DNA of 64,000 nt, from contig JASTWF010000036.1 of the NCBI GenBank assembly GCA_030390025.1, positions 1,302,001-1,366,000 on the forward strand, written 5' to 3'. Of this stretch, positions 1 through 12,105 are shown piece by piece. Within the stretch, counting starts at the first letter, position 1, and each line of letters opens with the position of its first letter. The notes under the pieces were generated by a model. It made no database searches. It was not told where the DNA came from and worked only from the letters and a program-made list of their open reading frames with translations. Origin of the DNA: Squalus acanthias (taxonomy: Eukaryota). The translations under genes and the position numbers were made by a program.

Positions 1-335
1 ATTCTCCCCACTCTCTGGGTAAAGAAGTTTCTCCTGAATTCCCTTTGGATTTATTAGATTTATTATCTTATATCGATGGCCCCTAGTTCTGGTCTCCCCC
101 GCAAGTGGAAACATCTTCTCTACGTCTACCCTATCGAACACCTTCATAATTTTAAAGACCTCTATCAGGTCACCCCTCAGCCTTCTCTTTTCTAGAGAAA
201 AGAGTCCCAGCCTGTTCAATCTTTCCTGATAGTTATAACCTCACAGTTCTGGTATCATTCTTGTAAATCTTTTTTGCACCTTCTCCAGTGCCTCTATGTA
301 CTTTTTACAATATGGAGAGCAGAACTGCGCACAGT
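1..335 (-). mobile_element. CR1 LINE ORF2 3' fragment (runs off window start)
   Basis: Reverse complement matches the LFSLEKRRLRGDLIEV...TRG..RNFFT region seen in the other CR1 copies here. Confidence 0.8.
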
Positions 336-1321
336 GTCCACACTGCCAATGTGAAGGTATTCAGCTTGTTATTTAAGTCACCAATTTAAATTACAATTAA
401 CTAAAACAATTAAGCGGAATACGTTAGTATTCATAATGCAACACAATGATCTATTATGTTAATTATCACAGGTAATTATCATACTTTATCAGTGGCGTTA
501 ATAAATGAAAAGGCCTCAACCCTTTATGTTCCAGCAATAGCCATTGGTGTGTGTGGTTTCTATGGAAACAGTGGGCCAAGAACTCAGACCTATTCAATTA
601 ATTGCCTGCATTTAGTTTATTAAAATACACACAAATGAGAAGAGGGACTGTAGAATTGTACCCCAATGGCCTGTTCATATTAAAATGAAGCAAAAGCTCC
701 AGATGGTTGAATTTCACGCATCGTTGCAAATCAATAATTGTTGTGAATTGATTTTGTTTACTGTACAGCAGCTATTAGTATAATTTGTCGATGTGTTTGT
801 AACGTCGACCGTACGGGAGCAAACATTAGCCCACAGAATCATGGTACATTTGATAGGAAACGCCACGCAGGCGTTTCATCCCATGGTCTATTAGCTCCCA
901 CGGCATAAGTCACGCAGTGATTGCATGAAAGGAATTGTGTTCGTCGCATGAGCATCAGAGAGAATAACTGAGCCCAGGAGGATTTGACTACTTCAGTCTG
1001 GAGAGTCGGGCTGCATAGCGGGGACGCGAGGATCGCTGAACATTCTGGAGTACGTCTAAAGACCAGGAAGCATTTATGGAGAACTTTCCCTTAGGAGAGG
1101 AAATAAATAGGGTAGGATCAATTGATTGAGGAGATTGCACATGGTGTGTTAAAAGAGCGAGCTTGATAGGTCAAGTGGCCTCCTCTTGATCCCAGTTTTC
1201 CTCCTGTTAATCTGAGTGTAGGTGGGAACTCAAGAAGGTAACCTGTTAAATCAGAGCCTCCTGAGCAGTGTTTGCAGAGAAGAGAGGGCACAATCTCAGA
1301 GACAGGACCGACAGGGTGAAT

Positions 1322-2160
1322 GATAACAACAACAACAACTTGTATTTATATAGCGCCTTTAACGTAGTAAAATGTCCCAAGGTGCTGCACAGGAGTATTG
1401 TAAGACAAAAAATTTGACACCGAGCCACATAAGGAGAAATATGGGCAGTTGACCAAAAGCTTGGTCAGAGAGGTAGGTTTTAAGGAGTGTCTTAAAGGAG
1501 GAGAGAGAGGTAGAGAGGCGGAGAGGTTTAGGGAGGGAATTCCAGAGCTCAGGGCCGAGGCAACAGAAGGCACGGCCACCAATGGCGGAGCGATTATAAT
1601 CAGGGATGCTCACGGCAACACGGTGGCATAGTGGTTAGCACTGGTGCCTCACAGCGCCAGGGACCCGGGTTCGAATCTGACCTCGGCTGACTGTCTGTGT
1701 GGAGTTTGCACATTCTCCCCGTGTCTGCGTGGATTTCCTCCGGGTGCTCTGGTTTCCTCCCACAGTCCAAAAATGTGTGGGTTAGGTTGATTTGGCTATG
1801 ATAAATTGACCCTTAGTGTTAGGGGGGGATTAAATATGTGGGGTTATGGGGATAGGATGGGATATGTTAGGGGGAATTAAATACGTGGGGTTACAGGGGT
1901 AGGGTGGGATATGTGTACCGTGGGGATTAAAGCAGGGACAGGGTACTGGATTTGGATGATCAGCCATGATCGTATTGAATGGTGGAGCAGGCTCGATGGG
2001 CCGAATGGCCTACTCCTGCTCCTAGATTCTATGTTTCAAGAGGCCGGAATTAGAGGAGTGCAGAGATCTCGGGGGGTTGTGGGGCTGAAGGAGGTTACTA
2101 AGATAGAGAGGGGTGAGGCCATGGAGGGATTTGAAAACAAGGATGAGAATTTTGAAATCG
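1322..2160 (-). mobile_element. L2 LINE 3' fragment, split by a SINE at about 1612-2036
   Basis: (AAC)n tail at 1325-1340 and GGRAF..GP.LWNSLP..LR...SLSSFK..LKT.L C-terminal motif (ORF 1359-1613); continues after 2037; similar to 11195-11420 and 13245-13600. Confidence 0.75.
1612..2036 (+). mobile_element. tRNA-derived V-SINE (HE1-like) with CR1-type 3' tail
   Basis: A box TGGCATAGTGG, B box GGTTCGAATC, V-domain TGTGTGGAGTTTGCACATTCTCCCCGTGTCTGCGTGG..TTTCCTCCGGGTGCTC, tail GGCCGAATGGCCTACTCCTGCTCCT shared with CR1 copies; internal ~47-bp duplication 1817-1911. Confidence 0.8.
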
Positions 2161-2792
2161 AGGACATCAATAGTGCAGGTGCTAGGACTGGATAGGGGAA
2201 AAATAGGGTTAGTACAGGTGGTGGGATCGTGGCTTGAGTTCTGATGTTTGCTTTACTGCCAATGAAAATTAATTGAAAACCTTTAACAAGTGTTAGTAAC
2301 AAATCCTTCTGTGTCACCAGACACCAAGGTAATTGGAGAAAATAAAAGACTTGAGATGCCTGGTTTGCATTTTAGAAGCCTCTGGTCTCTGTCAAAAACC
2401 AGACAGCTGGCAACCCGAGCCATATGAAGTCATGCTGCCCATAATGCACAGGGGTGAAAAGGTGCATTACGTGCTGGCATATACTTCATGACACTTGGCA
2501 AAGGATTGTGTTTGTAACAAAAACCACTGGCAATTTCCCATCATTTAAAAAGGAGAAAGAAAATGCGAATCCTGCATAGACTTCCTATTAGGGCCAGATG
2601 ATCTATTGGACTAGTTTGAACTGGTAGAATTGGAATTTAGAGCAGTGAGATATCAAGTCTTGTTCAGGTTAGCGCCCTGGGAGACGAGAGGTTATTGGTA
2701 AGGTCCTGGACACTCAGGAAGAAACTTCAGAGAGCCTCATCTCTTGGAAGTCATCCTCCTGACTAAAGTGAATGAATAAGTTGACTGACTGT

Positions 2793-3213
2793 CGGGTACG
2801 ACAGTGTAGTGGTTATGTTACTGGACTAGTAATCCAGAAATCATGGACTAATAGTTATTTGTATGAGAGTTCAAATCCCACCAAGAACTGTTTGAAAATT
2901 TGAATTCAGGTTCAAAAAAAAATCTGGAAATCAAACAAAATGTTAGTGGTAAAAGTGACCATGAAGCTGTCAGATTGTCATAAGAACCCAACTGATTCAC
3001 TAATATCCTTCAGGGAAGAAAAGCTGCTGTCCTCACCCTATATGTGACTCCAGTCTCACAACATTGTGGTTGACCCTTATTAACTACCCTCTGAAGTGGT
3101 ATCAAACTGCTCCAAAGGATATGGACTGCAGTAGTTCAAGAAGAAGGGCCACCACTTTCTCAAGGGATTGGCAATCTTGCCTGTGATGCCCACATGCTGA
3201 GAATGAATTTAAA
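2793..3213 (+). mobile_element. tRNA-headed SINE whose tail matches the LINE at 14824-16518
   Basis: Pol III A/B-like boxes (GTGTAGTGGTTA, GAGTTCAAATCCC); tail GGACTGCAG..GTTCAAGAAG...CACCAC..TTCTCAAGGG...GATGCCCACAT matches 16400-16495; homologous to 52340-52698. Confidence 0.7.
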
Positions 3214-3857
3214 GAAATGGGGCACATTCAAAGTGGTCTGTGGAAGGAATTGGCTCAATTGCTTTATCTTGTACCACACTCCGTATGATGTTAAATCTGG
3301 AGTATATCCCACTCTCACCATTAGTGTTATAACCCTCTCTCTCATTTCAATTATAAAGCCTCTGAAACACTTTCAGGTTGCATTTTCTGTTATGTTACAG
3401 AATGTTCACTGCACTCCATGTCTTGCAGCACACAATAGACTTTGTGCATTAGTGTAAAACTGTTGAATACGCTGGGAAATTCCTCTCCAGCTCTCCCAGA
3501 CAATCAAAACCAGTCCAGGAGATCACATGCACCACGTTTTATCTATAAAAATATATAATGGTGAGAGATTAGGAACTGTCTCTCTTTCTGTGTGTCTATC
3601 TCCCTCTCTTTCTGTCTTTCATTTCTTCTCCACCTCAACTTTAGCTCTCGTGTTGTGTGCCACTGTCATATGCAACTCATTCGCACCTTCCTCTATCGAG
3701 TGAGGAATTGCACAGTGCTGCTGCCAGGTTGTTTATTAATCTACAGTGTGGCACATGAGCCCCAGATTTCCAGAAATGCGTTGTCATGTTGGCGTGTAGT
3801 TGAAATTAGCTGGGTTTCCGAACTTCTGACCACTATCCACTGACCCAACACTGGAAA

Positions 3858-3890
<33 letters not shown>
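3858..3890 (+). repeat. (GT)n microsatellite
   Basis: Direct reading. Confidence 0.95.
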
Positions 3891-4016
3891 GACATCAGCA
3901 GAGAACAGGCTCAGCCTCTACTGGTTGAGTACCTGGCTGATACTCACTGTCGGGGCTGGCACATGGTAAATAGCCACTCAGGCGAGGTTCCAGAGGGCAG
4001 CCGGTGCCTGTGAAGA

Positions 4017-4998
4017 CTATTCACAATATTTATTAACGACTTAGATTATGGTATAGAAAGTCATATATTCAAAATTTGCCGATGACACAAAGATAGGTGG
4101 CATTGTAGGCAGTGTAGATGAAAGCATAAAATTACAAAGGGATATCGATAGATTAAGTGAATGGGCAAAACTGTGGCAAATGGATTTTAATGTAAGCAAA
4201 TGTGAGGTCATCCACTTTGGACCAAAAAAGGATAGAATAGGGTACTTTCTAAATGGTGAAAAGCTAAAAACAGTGGAGGTCCAAAGAGACTTGGGGGGTC
4301 CAGGTACATAGATCACTAAAATGTCATGAACAGATACAGAAAATAATCAAAAAGGCGAATGGGATGCTGGCCTTTATATCTAGAGGACTAGAGTACAAGC
4401 GGGTAGAAGTTATGCTGCAGCTATACAAAGCCCTGGTTAGACCACACCTGGAGCACTGTGAGCAGTTCTGGGCACCACACCTTAGGAAGGATATATTGGC
4501 CTTGGAGGGAGTGCAGCGTAGGTTTACCAGAACGATACCCGGACTGCAAGGGTTAAGTTACGAGGAGAGATTACACAAACTAGGGTTGTATTCCCTAGAA
4601 TTTAGAAGGTTAAGGGGTGATCTGATCGAAGTTTTCACGATATTAAGGGGAACTGATGGGGTAGAGAGAGAGAAACTATTCCCGCTGGTTGGGGAGTCTG
4701 GGACTAGGGGGCATAGTCTAAAAATTAGAGCCAGACCTTTCCGGAGTGAAGTTAGGAAACACTTCTACACACAAAGGGTGGTAGAAGTTTGAAACTCTCT
4801 TCCGCAAACGGCAGTTGATGCTAGGGATCAATTGTTAATTTTAAATCGGAGATTGATAGATTTTTGTTAACCAAAGGTATTAAGGGATATGGGCCAAAAG
4901 GCGGGTATATGGAGTTAGGTCACAGATCAGCTATGATCTCATTGATGGCGGAACAGGCTCGAGGGGCCGAATGGCCTCCTCCTGTTCCGATGTTCCTA
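4017..4998 (+). mobile_element. CR1 LINE, 5'-truncated and frameshifted
   Basis: SKFADDTK RT motif, LVRPHLE.C.QFW, C-terminal FYTQRVV, CR1 3' UTR. Confidence 0.9.
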
Positions 4999-5639
4999 AG
5001 ACCAACCTCGACATGATCCGCACCTTCCTTCAGGAGAGGAGCGGGGACGAAAATCAGCTGGCAGAAGGTGTTCTGCAAAGCCATTATCCCATTCGTTTAT
5101 GGTCTGTTATGTCTGCCCCTGTGGTAAGTAATTCCCGAAGTCACTTGACAGGAAAGAGCCTGTGTATAAAGTACCACCATCGGGACTGGCACTGTATCTG
5201 CTCGTGAGGACCAGTAACCCAGGTGGGACGGGATTGGAGGAAATCCTAAAATCAATACCAACATGTCAAAGATCAGTTCTGCTGTGGAACAGCTCATCAT
5301 ACTTGACACACATACAGCGAACAGATATGAAATTTTTATAAATTCTAGTCAATATTTCAGCACTATGTCTTCACCAGACATCATAGTTCCCCTTCTTCTG
5401 CTGTTCAGAAACATAATAGTCAAGAAAATGATCAAATGTAAGATAAATAGAACACTAACCTTTGACCTCTGGGGCCTACCCGGCCCTTACCGATGGGAGG
5501 AGAGTGTCTTCTCTTTCATGGTTGTAAGGCTCCTTTAAGTGAAATGAGTTTGGACAGTTTTGAGCCCAATTTCAAGTGAGTGTGAATCTGCACAAAAAGC
5601 TGCCCATAACTCAGCACTAAACTAGAAGAAGAAGGAAAA

Positions 5640-6043
5640 TAAATAAAGAACTTGCATTTCACAACCTCAGGATGTCCCAAAGTCCTTCACAACCACTGTA
5701 GTCATGTAGGAAACACAGCAGCTAATTTGCGCACAGCAAGCTCCCAAAAACAGCAATGTGATAAGGACCAGATTGTCTGTTTTAGTGATAAATATTGGCC
5801 AGGACGAACACCGCTGATCTTCTATCCAAATAGTGCCATGGGATCTTTTGCGTCCACCTGCGAGCCTCAGTTTAACGTCTCAACAATGAACGACAGCACC
5901 TCCAACAGTGCCGCACTCCCTCAGTACTGCACTGGGAGCATCAGCCTAGATTATATACTATGAAGTCTTAGGAGTGGGATTTGAACCCACGACCTTGTGA
6001 GCTAGAGACGCGAGTGCTACCCGCTGAGCCACGGCTGACACCT
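5640..6043 (-). mobile_element. DeuSINE (SacSINE1/AmnSINE1-like)
   Basis: tRNA-like head GTCAGCCGTGGCTCAG..GGGTTCAAATCCC, Deu-domain GAGTGC.GCACTGT.GGAGGTGC, L2-like tail; many homologous copies in the window. Confidence 0.8.
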
Positions 6044-6052
6044 ACCAAGCGC

Positions 6053-6302
6053 AAACATAAAAAGTGCTGGAAACACTACGTAGGTCAGTCAGCATCTGTG
6101 GCACGAAATGACAAGGCAACGTTTCAGGTGTGGCCCCTTCATCAGAACTGGAAATAAATTACAGATCAGCAACGCCTGAAAAGGAACAGAACAAAGGGAA
6201 GGGGCGAGGGACAAACACATGCGCGCACATACCCCTGCTGAGTATTTCCAGCATTTTTTTGTTTCAGATTTCCAGCTTTCAGAGTTATTTGCTTTTTTGT
6301 TT
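6053..6302 (-). mobile_element. Penelope-like 3' remnant with inverted arms and a hammerhead motif
   Basis: Minus arm 6053-6215 reads CCAGTT-CTGATGA-A-GGGGCCACACCT-GAAA-CGTT (6118-6151); short plus arm 6235-6302 CTGCTGAGTATTTCCAGCATTT...CAGATTTCCAGC. Confidence 0.65.
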
Positions 6303-6639
6303 GTACTAAACTACCAGTGTCCTTTCAGCCTGAAAGATGACTCACTTTGAAAACGGTAGAATTTATCCTATAGAGGGTCCTTTTGTGCAGTGAAGGGGGG
6401 GCGGGTTCAGGCACATTGATGAGAGCTTTACTTTGCATCTGGCCCCTGTGAGAGCTGGGATCGCAGTGCTTCAATCCCATACTGCCTGCAACAAAAGTGG
6501 CCAAATATTCCATTGCCTGTTAAATTAACTCTTGCTGTGCAAGCGACTTTCATTTCTCAATTTCCACCAGTGAGTACACTCTCCTATGTAATGGAAGAAT
6601 TAATAAACGCAAAATTCAACCCAATAATTTTATTTTCAA

Positions 6640-8103
6640 AGGCAGCAAATGTAACCCCACTATTTAAGAAAGGAGGGAGAGAGAAAACGGGGAACTACAG
6701 ACCAGTTAGCCTGACATCAGTAGTAGGGAAAATGCTAGAATCTATTATTAAGGACGTAGTAACAGGGCACTTAGAAAATAATAATAGGATTGAGCAGAGC
6801 CAACACGGATTTATGAAAGGGAAATCATGCTTGACGAATCTGTTCGAGTTTTTTGAGGTTGTAACTAGCAGAATAGATAAGGGGGAACCAGTGGATGTGG
6901 TGTATTTGGATTTTCAGAAGGCATTCGATAAGGTGCCACACAAGAGGTTATTAAACAAAATTAGGGCTCATGGGATTGGGGGTAATATACGAGCATGGAT
7001 TGAGGATTGGTTAACGGACAGAAAACAGAGAGTAGGAATAAACGGGTCATTTTCGGGTTGGCAGGTTGTAACTAGTGGGGTACCGCAAGGATCATTGCTT
7101 GGGCCTCAGCTATTCACAATCTATATCAATGATTTGGATGAGGGGACCAAATGTAATATATCCAAGTTTGCTGATGATACAAAGCTGGGTGGGAATGTAA
7201 GTTGTGAGGAGGATGCAAGGAGGCTTCAAGGGGATATAGACAGGCTAAGTGAGTGGGCAAGACCATGGCAAATGGAGTATAATGTGGAGAAATATGAAGT
7301 TATCCACTTCGGTAGGAAAAATAAAAAAGCAGAGTATTTTTTAAATGGTGAGAGATTGGGAAATGTTGGTGTTCAGAGGGACCTGGGTGTCCTTGTACAC
7401 GAATCACTGAAAGTTAACATGCAGGTACAGCAAGCAGTTAGGAAAGCAAATGGTATGTTGGCCTTTATTACAAGAGGATTTGAGTATAAGAGTAAAGACG
7501 TCTTACTGCAATTATATTAAGCCCTGGTGAGACCACACCTGGAGTATTGTGTACAGTTTTGGTCTCCTTACCTAAGGAAGGATATACTTCCATAGAGGGA
7601 GTGCAACGAAGGTTCACCAGACTGATTCCTGGGATGGGGGGATTGTCCTATGAGGAGAGATTGAGTAGACTAGGGCTATATTCTCTAGAGTTTAGAAGAA
7701 TGAGAGGTGACCTCATTGAAACATACAAAATTCTTACAGGGCTTGACAGGGTAGATGGAGGGAGGATGTTTCCCCTGGCTGGGGAGTCTAGAACCAGAGG
7801 TCACAGTCTCAGAATAAGGGGTCGGTCATTTAGGACTGAGATGAGGAGAAATTTCTTCACTCAGAGGGTGGTGAATCTTTGGAATTCTCTACCCCAGAGG
7901 GCTGTAGAGGTTCAGTCGTTGAGTATATTCAAGGCTAAGATCGATAGATTTTTGGATATTAAGGGAATCAAGTGATATGGGGATAGAGCAGGAAGGTGGA
8001 GATGAGGTAGAAGATCAGCCATGATCTTATTGAATGGCGGAGCAGGCTTGAGGGGCCGAATGGCCTCCTCCTGCTCCTAATTCTTATGTTCTTATGTCCT
8101 TAT
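6640..8103 (+). mobile_element. CR1 LINE, 5'-truncated (RT domain plus 3' UTR), with stop codon and frameshift
   Basis: NYRPVSLTS, YLDFQKAFDKV, GVPQGS.LGP, KFADD motifs; tail TTCTTATGTTCTTATG. Confidence 0.95.
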
Positions 8104-8527
8104 AGCAACTGGAGTTTGGTTGATCAATTTCATCACTATATTACTCTAGTGCTTGCATTTAAACTGAATAATTGTCAAACGCAAATATCTCATTGCACTC
8201 CGACACAAAGGTAGAATTGGAGTGCGGTTTAGAGAGGCATGATCTGCTGTGAATTCATTCACACGCTGTTAGTTCCCAGGACAACACTGCCAGCAATGAA
8301 GCCGAGGAGTTGGAGAAATTAAAATGATGATATCAAACCGCCAAGACTGCACTCAGTGGGATGGCAACATGTGATGCTAATTCCTCTAAGATCCCAGTCC
8401 TATTCCACAGTCAGCCCAGAGGGGCAGCAGATTGTTGCTTTGTGTTTCACCATTGTGTAATCTTGTCAGACAAAAAAAAAAGATTAATTTATATCAAGAA
8501 AATCCCCAGTTTATTTATTGACTATTT

Positions 8528-8860
8528 CATAGAATCTCGCACCACAGAAGGAGGCTGTTGTGCCTGTGCCGGCTCTATGAAAGAGCGATCCAATTAGTCC
8601 CACTCCCCCCTCCTCTTTCCCCGTAGCCCTGCAAACCTTTCCTTTTTATGTATCTATCCAATTCCCTTGTGAAAGTTACTATTGAATCTGCTTCCACCAC
8701 CCTTTCAGGCAGCGCGTTCCAGAAGAAAATAACTCACTGCATAAAGAAAATTCTCATCTCTCTCCTGGTTCTTTTGCCAATTACCTTCAATCTGTGTCCT
8801 CTGGTTACCGACCCTCCTGCCACTGGAAACAGTTTCTCCTCTCTACTCTATCAAAACCCT
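8528..8860 (-). mobile_element. CR1 3' fragment
   Basis: Homologous to 48362-48805 and 14680-14822. Confidence 0.75.
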
Positions 8861-9167
8861 TTATCCCCAGGGAATAAAAACATTTCTCTAAATGGCTTGT
8901 AACATCAGTCCCTGTTTTTATTTGGCCTCTTGCAGCCCTTCTCTTCCTTTCTTGAATGTAATTGATTTTTTAAGTTGGGAACGCTAGGTGAAGAGCCACG
9001 GTCTACATTGCCCTGGGACAAAATGAATTTGAGTAGGAGGCGGTGTGATGGATCTTGACTTCAACACGGTGAGGTACAGGGAGGAGGAAGAGTGTGTGTT
9101 TGCAGCTGAGGAAGAAAAAGTTCCGAGCAGCAGTGAGCATAAATGGTTGATCAATGGGTGGATAAAG

Positions 9168-10501
9168 GGGATAAAGGGGAACCAGTGGATGTAGTGTATT
9201 TAGACTTCCAGAAGGCATTCGACAAGGTGCCACATAAAAGATTATTACTTAAGATAAAAAATCACTGGATTGGGGGTAATATTCTGGCATGGGTGGAGGA
9301 TTGGTTATCGAACAGGAAGCAGAGAGTTGGGATAAATGGTTCATTCTCGGACTGGCAACCAGCAGCCAGTGGTGTTCCGCAGGGGTCGGTGCTGGGTCCC
9401 CAACTCTTTACAATCTATATTAACGATTTGGAAGAGGGGACCGAGTGTAACATATCAAAGTTTGCAGATGATGCAAAGATGGGAGGGAAAGTAGAGAGTG
9501 AGGAGGACATAAAAAACCTACAAGGGGATATAGACAGGCTGGGTGAGTGGGCGGAGATTTGGCCGATGCAATACAATATTGGAAAATGTGAGGTTATGCA
9601 CTTTGGCAGGAAAAATCAGAGAGCAAGTTATTATCGTAATGGCGAGAAACTGGAAAGTACTGCAGTACAAAGGGATCTGGGGGTCTTGGTGCAAGAAAAT
9701 CAAAAAGTTAGTGTGCAGGTGCAGCAGGTGATCAAGAAAGCCAATGGAATGTTGGCTTTTATTGCTAGGGGGATAGAATATAAAAACAGGGAGGTATTGC
9801 TGCAGTTGTATAGGGTATTGGTGAGACCGCACCTGGAGTACTGCATACAGTTTTGGTGTCCATATTTAAGAAAAGACATACTTGCTCTCGAGGCAGTACA
9901 AAGAAGGTTCACTCGGTTAATTCCGGGGATGAGGGGGTGGACATACGAGGAGAGGTTGAGTAGATTGGGACTCTACTCATTGGAGTTCAGAAGAATGAGA
10001 GGCGATCTTATTGAAACATATAAGATTGTGAAGGGGCTTGATCGGGTGGACGCGGTGAGGATGTTCCCAATGATGGGTGAAACTAGAACTAGGGGACATA
10101 ATCTTAGAATAAGGGGCTGCTCTTTCAAAACTGAGATGAGGAGAAACTTTTTCACTCAGAGGGTAGTGGGTCTGTGGAATTTGCTACCCCAGGAAGCTGT
10201 GGAAGCTACTTCATTAAATAAATTTAAAACAGAAATAGACCGTTTCCTAGAAGTAAAGGGAATTAGGGGTTACGGGGAGCGGGCTGGAAATTGGACATGA
10301 GTTTGAGTTTGGATCGGTCAAGGCCCTGTGGGTGGCGGAGCGGGCCCAGGGGCCGAGTGGCCTGGTCCTGCTCCTACTTCTTGTGTTCTTTAGAGTTGAG
10401 GTTGGATCAGATCAGCCATGATCTCATTGAATGGCGGAGCAGGCTCGAGGGGCCGATTGGTCTACTCCTGCTCCTATTTCTTATGTTCTTATGTTCTTAT
10501 G
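9168..10501 (+). mobile_element. CR1 LINE, 5'-truncated with uninterrupted ORF2 C-terminal half and a doubled 3' UTR
   Basis: ORF 9143-10300 with YLDFQKAFDKV, GVPQGSVLGP and FADD; (TTCTTATG)n tail. Confidence 0.95.
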
Positions 10502-11194
10502 GAGAGAAAGAAGATAGATTGCAATGGAGAGAGGCCGGAGGCTCGAGCTGAGAGAAGGATCATCTGTCAGATGACGGGCTTTTTAGAGTGGTCTTCTGCT
10601 GCTTGAGAAGTGGTGAGGAGACTACCCCAACCCAAGCCATGAATACAGCCATTTGAGCTGCCGGGAGAACACCAAGTATTCATATATTTAACAGCCTTGT
10701 TCTGAGGACATGGCCATTTTATGCAATGCTAATTCACACAACTTATCTTATGGTCTAGGTAGGATCAAGAATGGGATTTGTCGGAAAAGGTAAAAGAATA
10801 GCTTCCTGCTATCCAAACGAGGAAAGAGCAAGAAGTGGTAGACAGACAGGATTCAGATGAAATGCTGTCCACGGTTGAGGAGTACTGCTCCACAAGGGAG
10901 CATGAAGTTGGGTTTGGACTACAGCCCACTTTGTGCCATTCCAACCATATGCCATGTTTCATTTCCCATTAACTGTACCTCTGGGGGCAGGATCGTGTGC
11001 AGTACTAATCTGGTGCCTGAACTACCATCTGTGTCATCTTGTTTAATTTATGGGGACTGGGCACTAGACTTTCATCCCCTCCCCACCCCTCAAAGTACAC
11101 AACAACCATTCTGCCACTTGGATGCCAAGTTGAAGTGATATTTCAACACCAGTTGTTGGAAAACATTTAGGGGTACATTTCCACGACCAGTTTA

Positions 11195-11420
11195 TAGTCC
11201 CTATCTCTGTAATCTCCTTCAGCCCCACAACCCCCCCGAGATATCTGCGCTCCTCTAATTCTGCCTCTTGAGCATCCCTGATTATAATCGCTCAGCCATT
11301 GGTGGCCGTGCCTTCTGTTGCCTGGGCCCTAAGCTCTGGAATTCCCTCCCTAAACCTGTCCGCCTCGCTACCTCTCTCCTCCTTTAAGACGCTCCTTAAA
11401 ACCTCCCTCTTTGACCAAGA
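11195..11420 (+). mobile_element. L2 LINE 3' fragment
   Basis: Homologous to 1322-1611 (reverse) and 13245-13600. Confidence 0.7.
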
Positions 11421-11556
11421 ATTCTGATGAAGGGTCCCAGACCTGAAACGTTAGCTCTGTTTCCCTCTCCACGGATGCTGCCTGGCCTGCTGAGTGTTTC
11501 CAGCATTTTCTGTTGTTATTTCAGATTTCCAGCATCCGCAGTATTTTGCTATTGTA
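11421..11556 (+). mobile_element. Short hammerhead-motif element (Penelope pLTR-derived)
   Basis: CTGATGA (11424-30), A, GGGTC-CCA-GACCT, GAAA (11445-48), CGTT, followed by the same ~110-bp body as 19186-19314. Confidence 0.75.
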
Positions 11557-11589
11557 TAAATTATTTAGCATTGAATTCAACGAACTGTG

Positions 11590-12105
11590 AAAGAAGAAAA
11601 AAAAGACTTGCATTTATATAGCACCTTTCACAACCTCACGATGTCCCAAAGCGCTTTACAGCCAATGACATACTTTTGAAATGTTGGAACTGCAGCAGCC
11701 AATTTGCTCACAGCAAGCTCCCACAAACAGCACTGTGATAATGACCAGATAATCTGTTTTAGTGATGTTGATTGAGGGATAAATATTGGCCAGGACACCG
11801 GGGAGAACTCCACTACTCTTGTTCAAAATAGCACCATGGGATCTTTTACTTCCATCTGAGAGCAGACGGGGCCTCAGTTTAGCATCTCATCTGAAAGACG
11901 GCACCTCCGACAGTGCAGCACTCCCTCAGCACTGACCCTCCGACAGTGCAGCACTCCCTCAGCACTGACCCTCCGACAGTGCAGCACTCCCGCAGTGCTT
12001 CGAGCGTCAGCCTAGAATTTTTGTGCTCATGTCTCTGGGATGGAGACTTGAACTACACAACCTTCTGACTCCAAGGCAAGAGTACTACTCTCTGAACCAC
12101 AGCTG
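11590..12105 (-). mobile_element. DeuSINE (SacSINE1-like) with internal 33-bp triplication
   Basis: Homologous to 32847-33316; unit CCTCCGACAGTGCAGCACTCCCTCAGCACTGAC at 11904, 11937 and 11970. Confidence 0.85.

Noticed and set aside
1612..1690. tRNA gene
   Set aside because: It is the tRNA-derived head of a V-SINE continuing into the V domain; the same applies to the other SINE heads.
6513..7520. Functional standalone RT genes in CR1 copies
   Set aside because: All CR1 copies are 5'-truncated with no ORF1 or endonuclease; ORF starts come from flanking sequence and most have stops or frameshifts.
11904..11998. CRISPR-like 33-bp repeats
   Set aside because: Head-to-tail units with no spacers, inside a SINE, in eukaryotic DNA.
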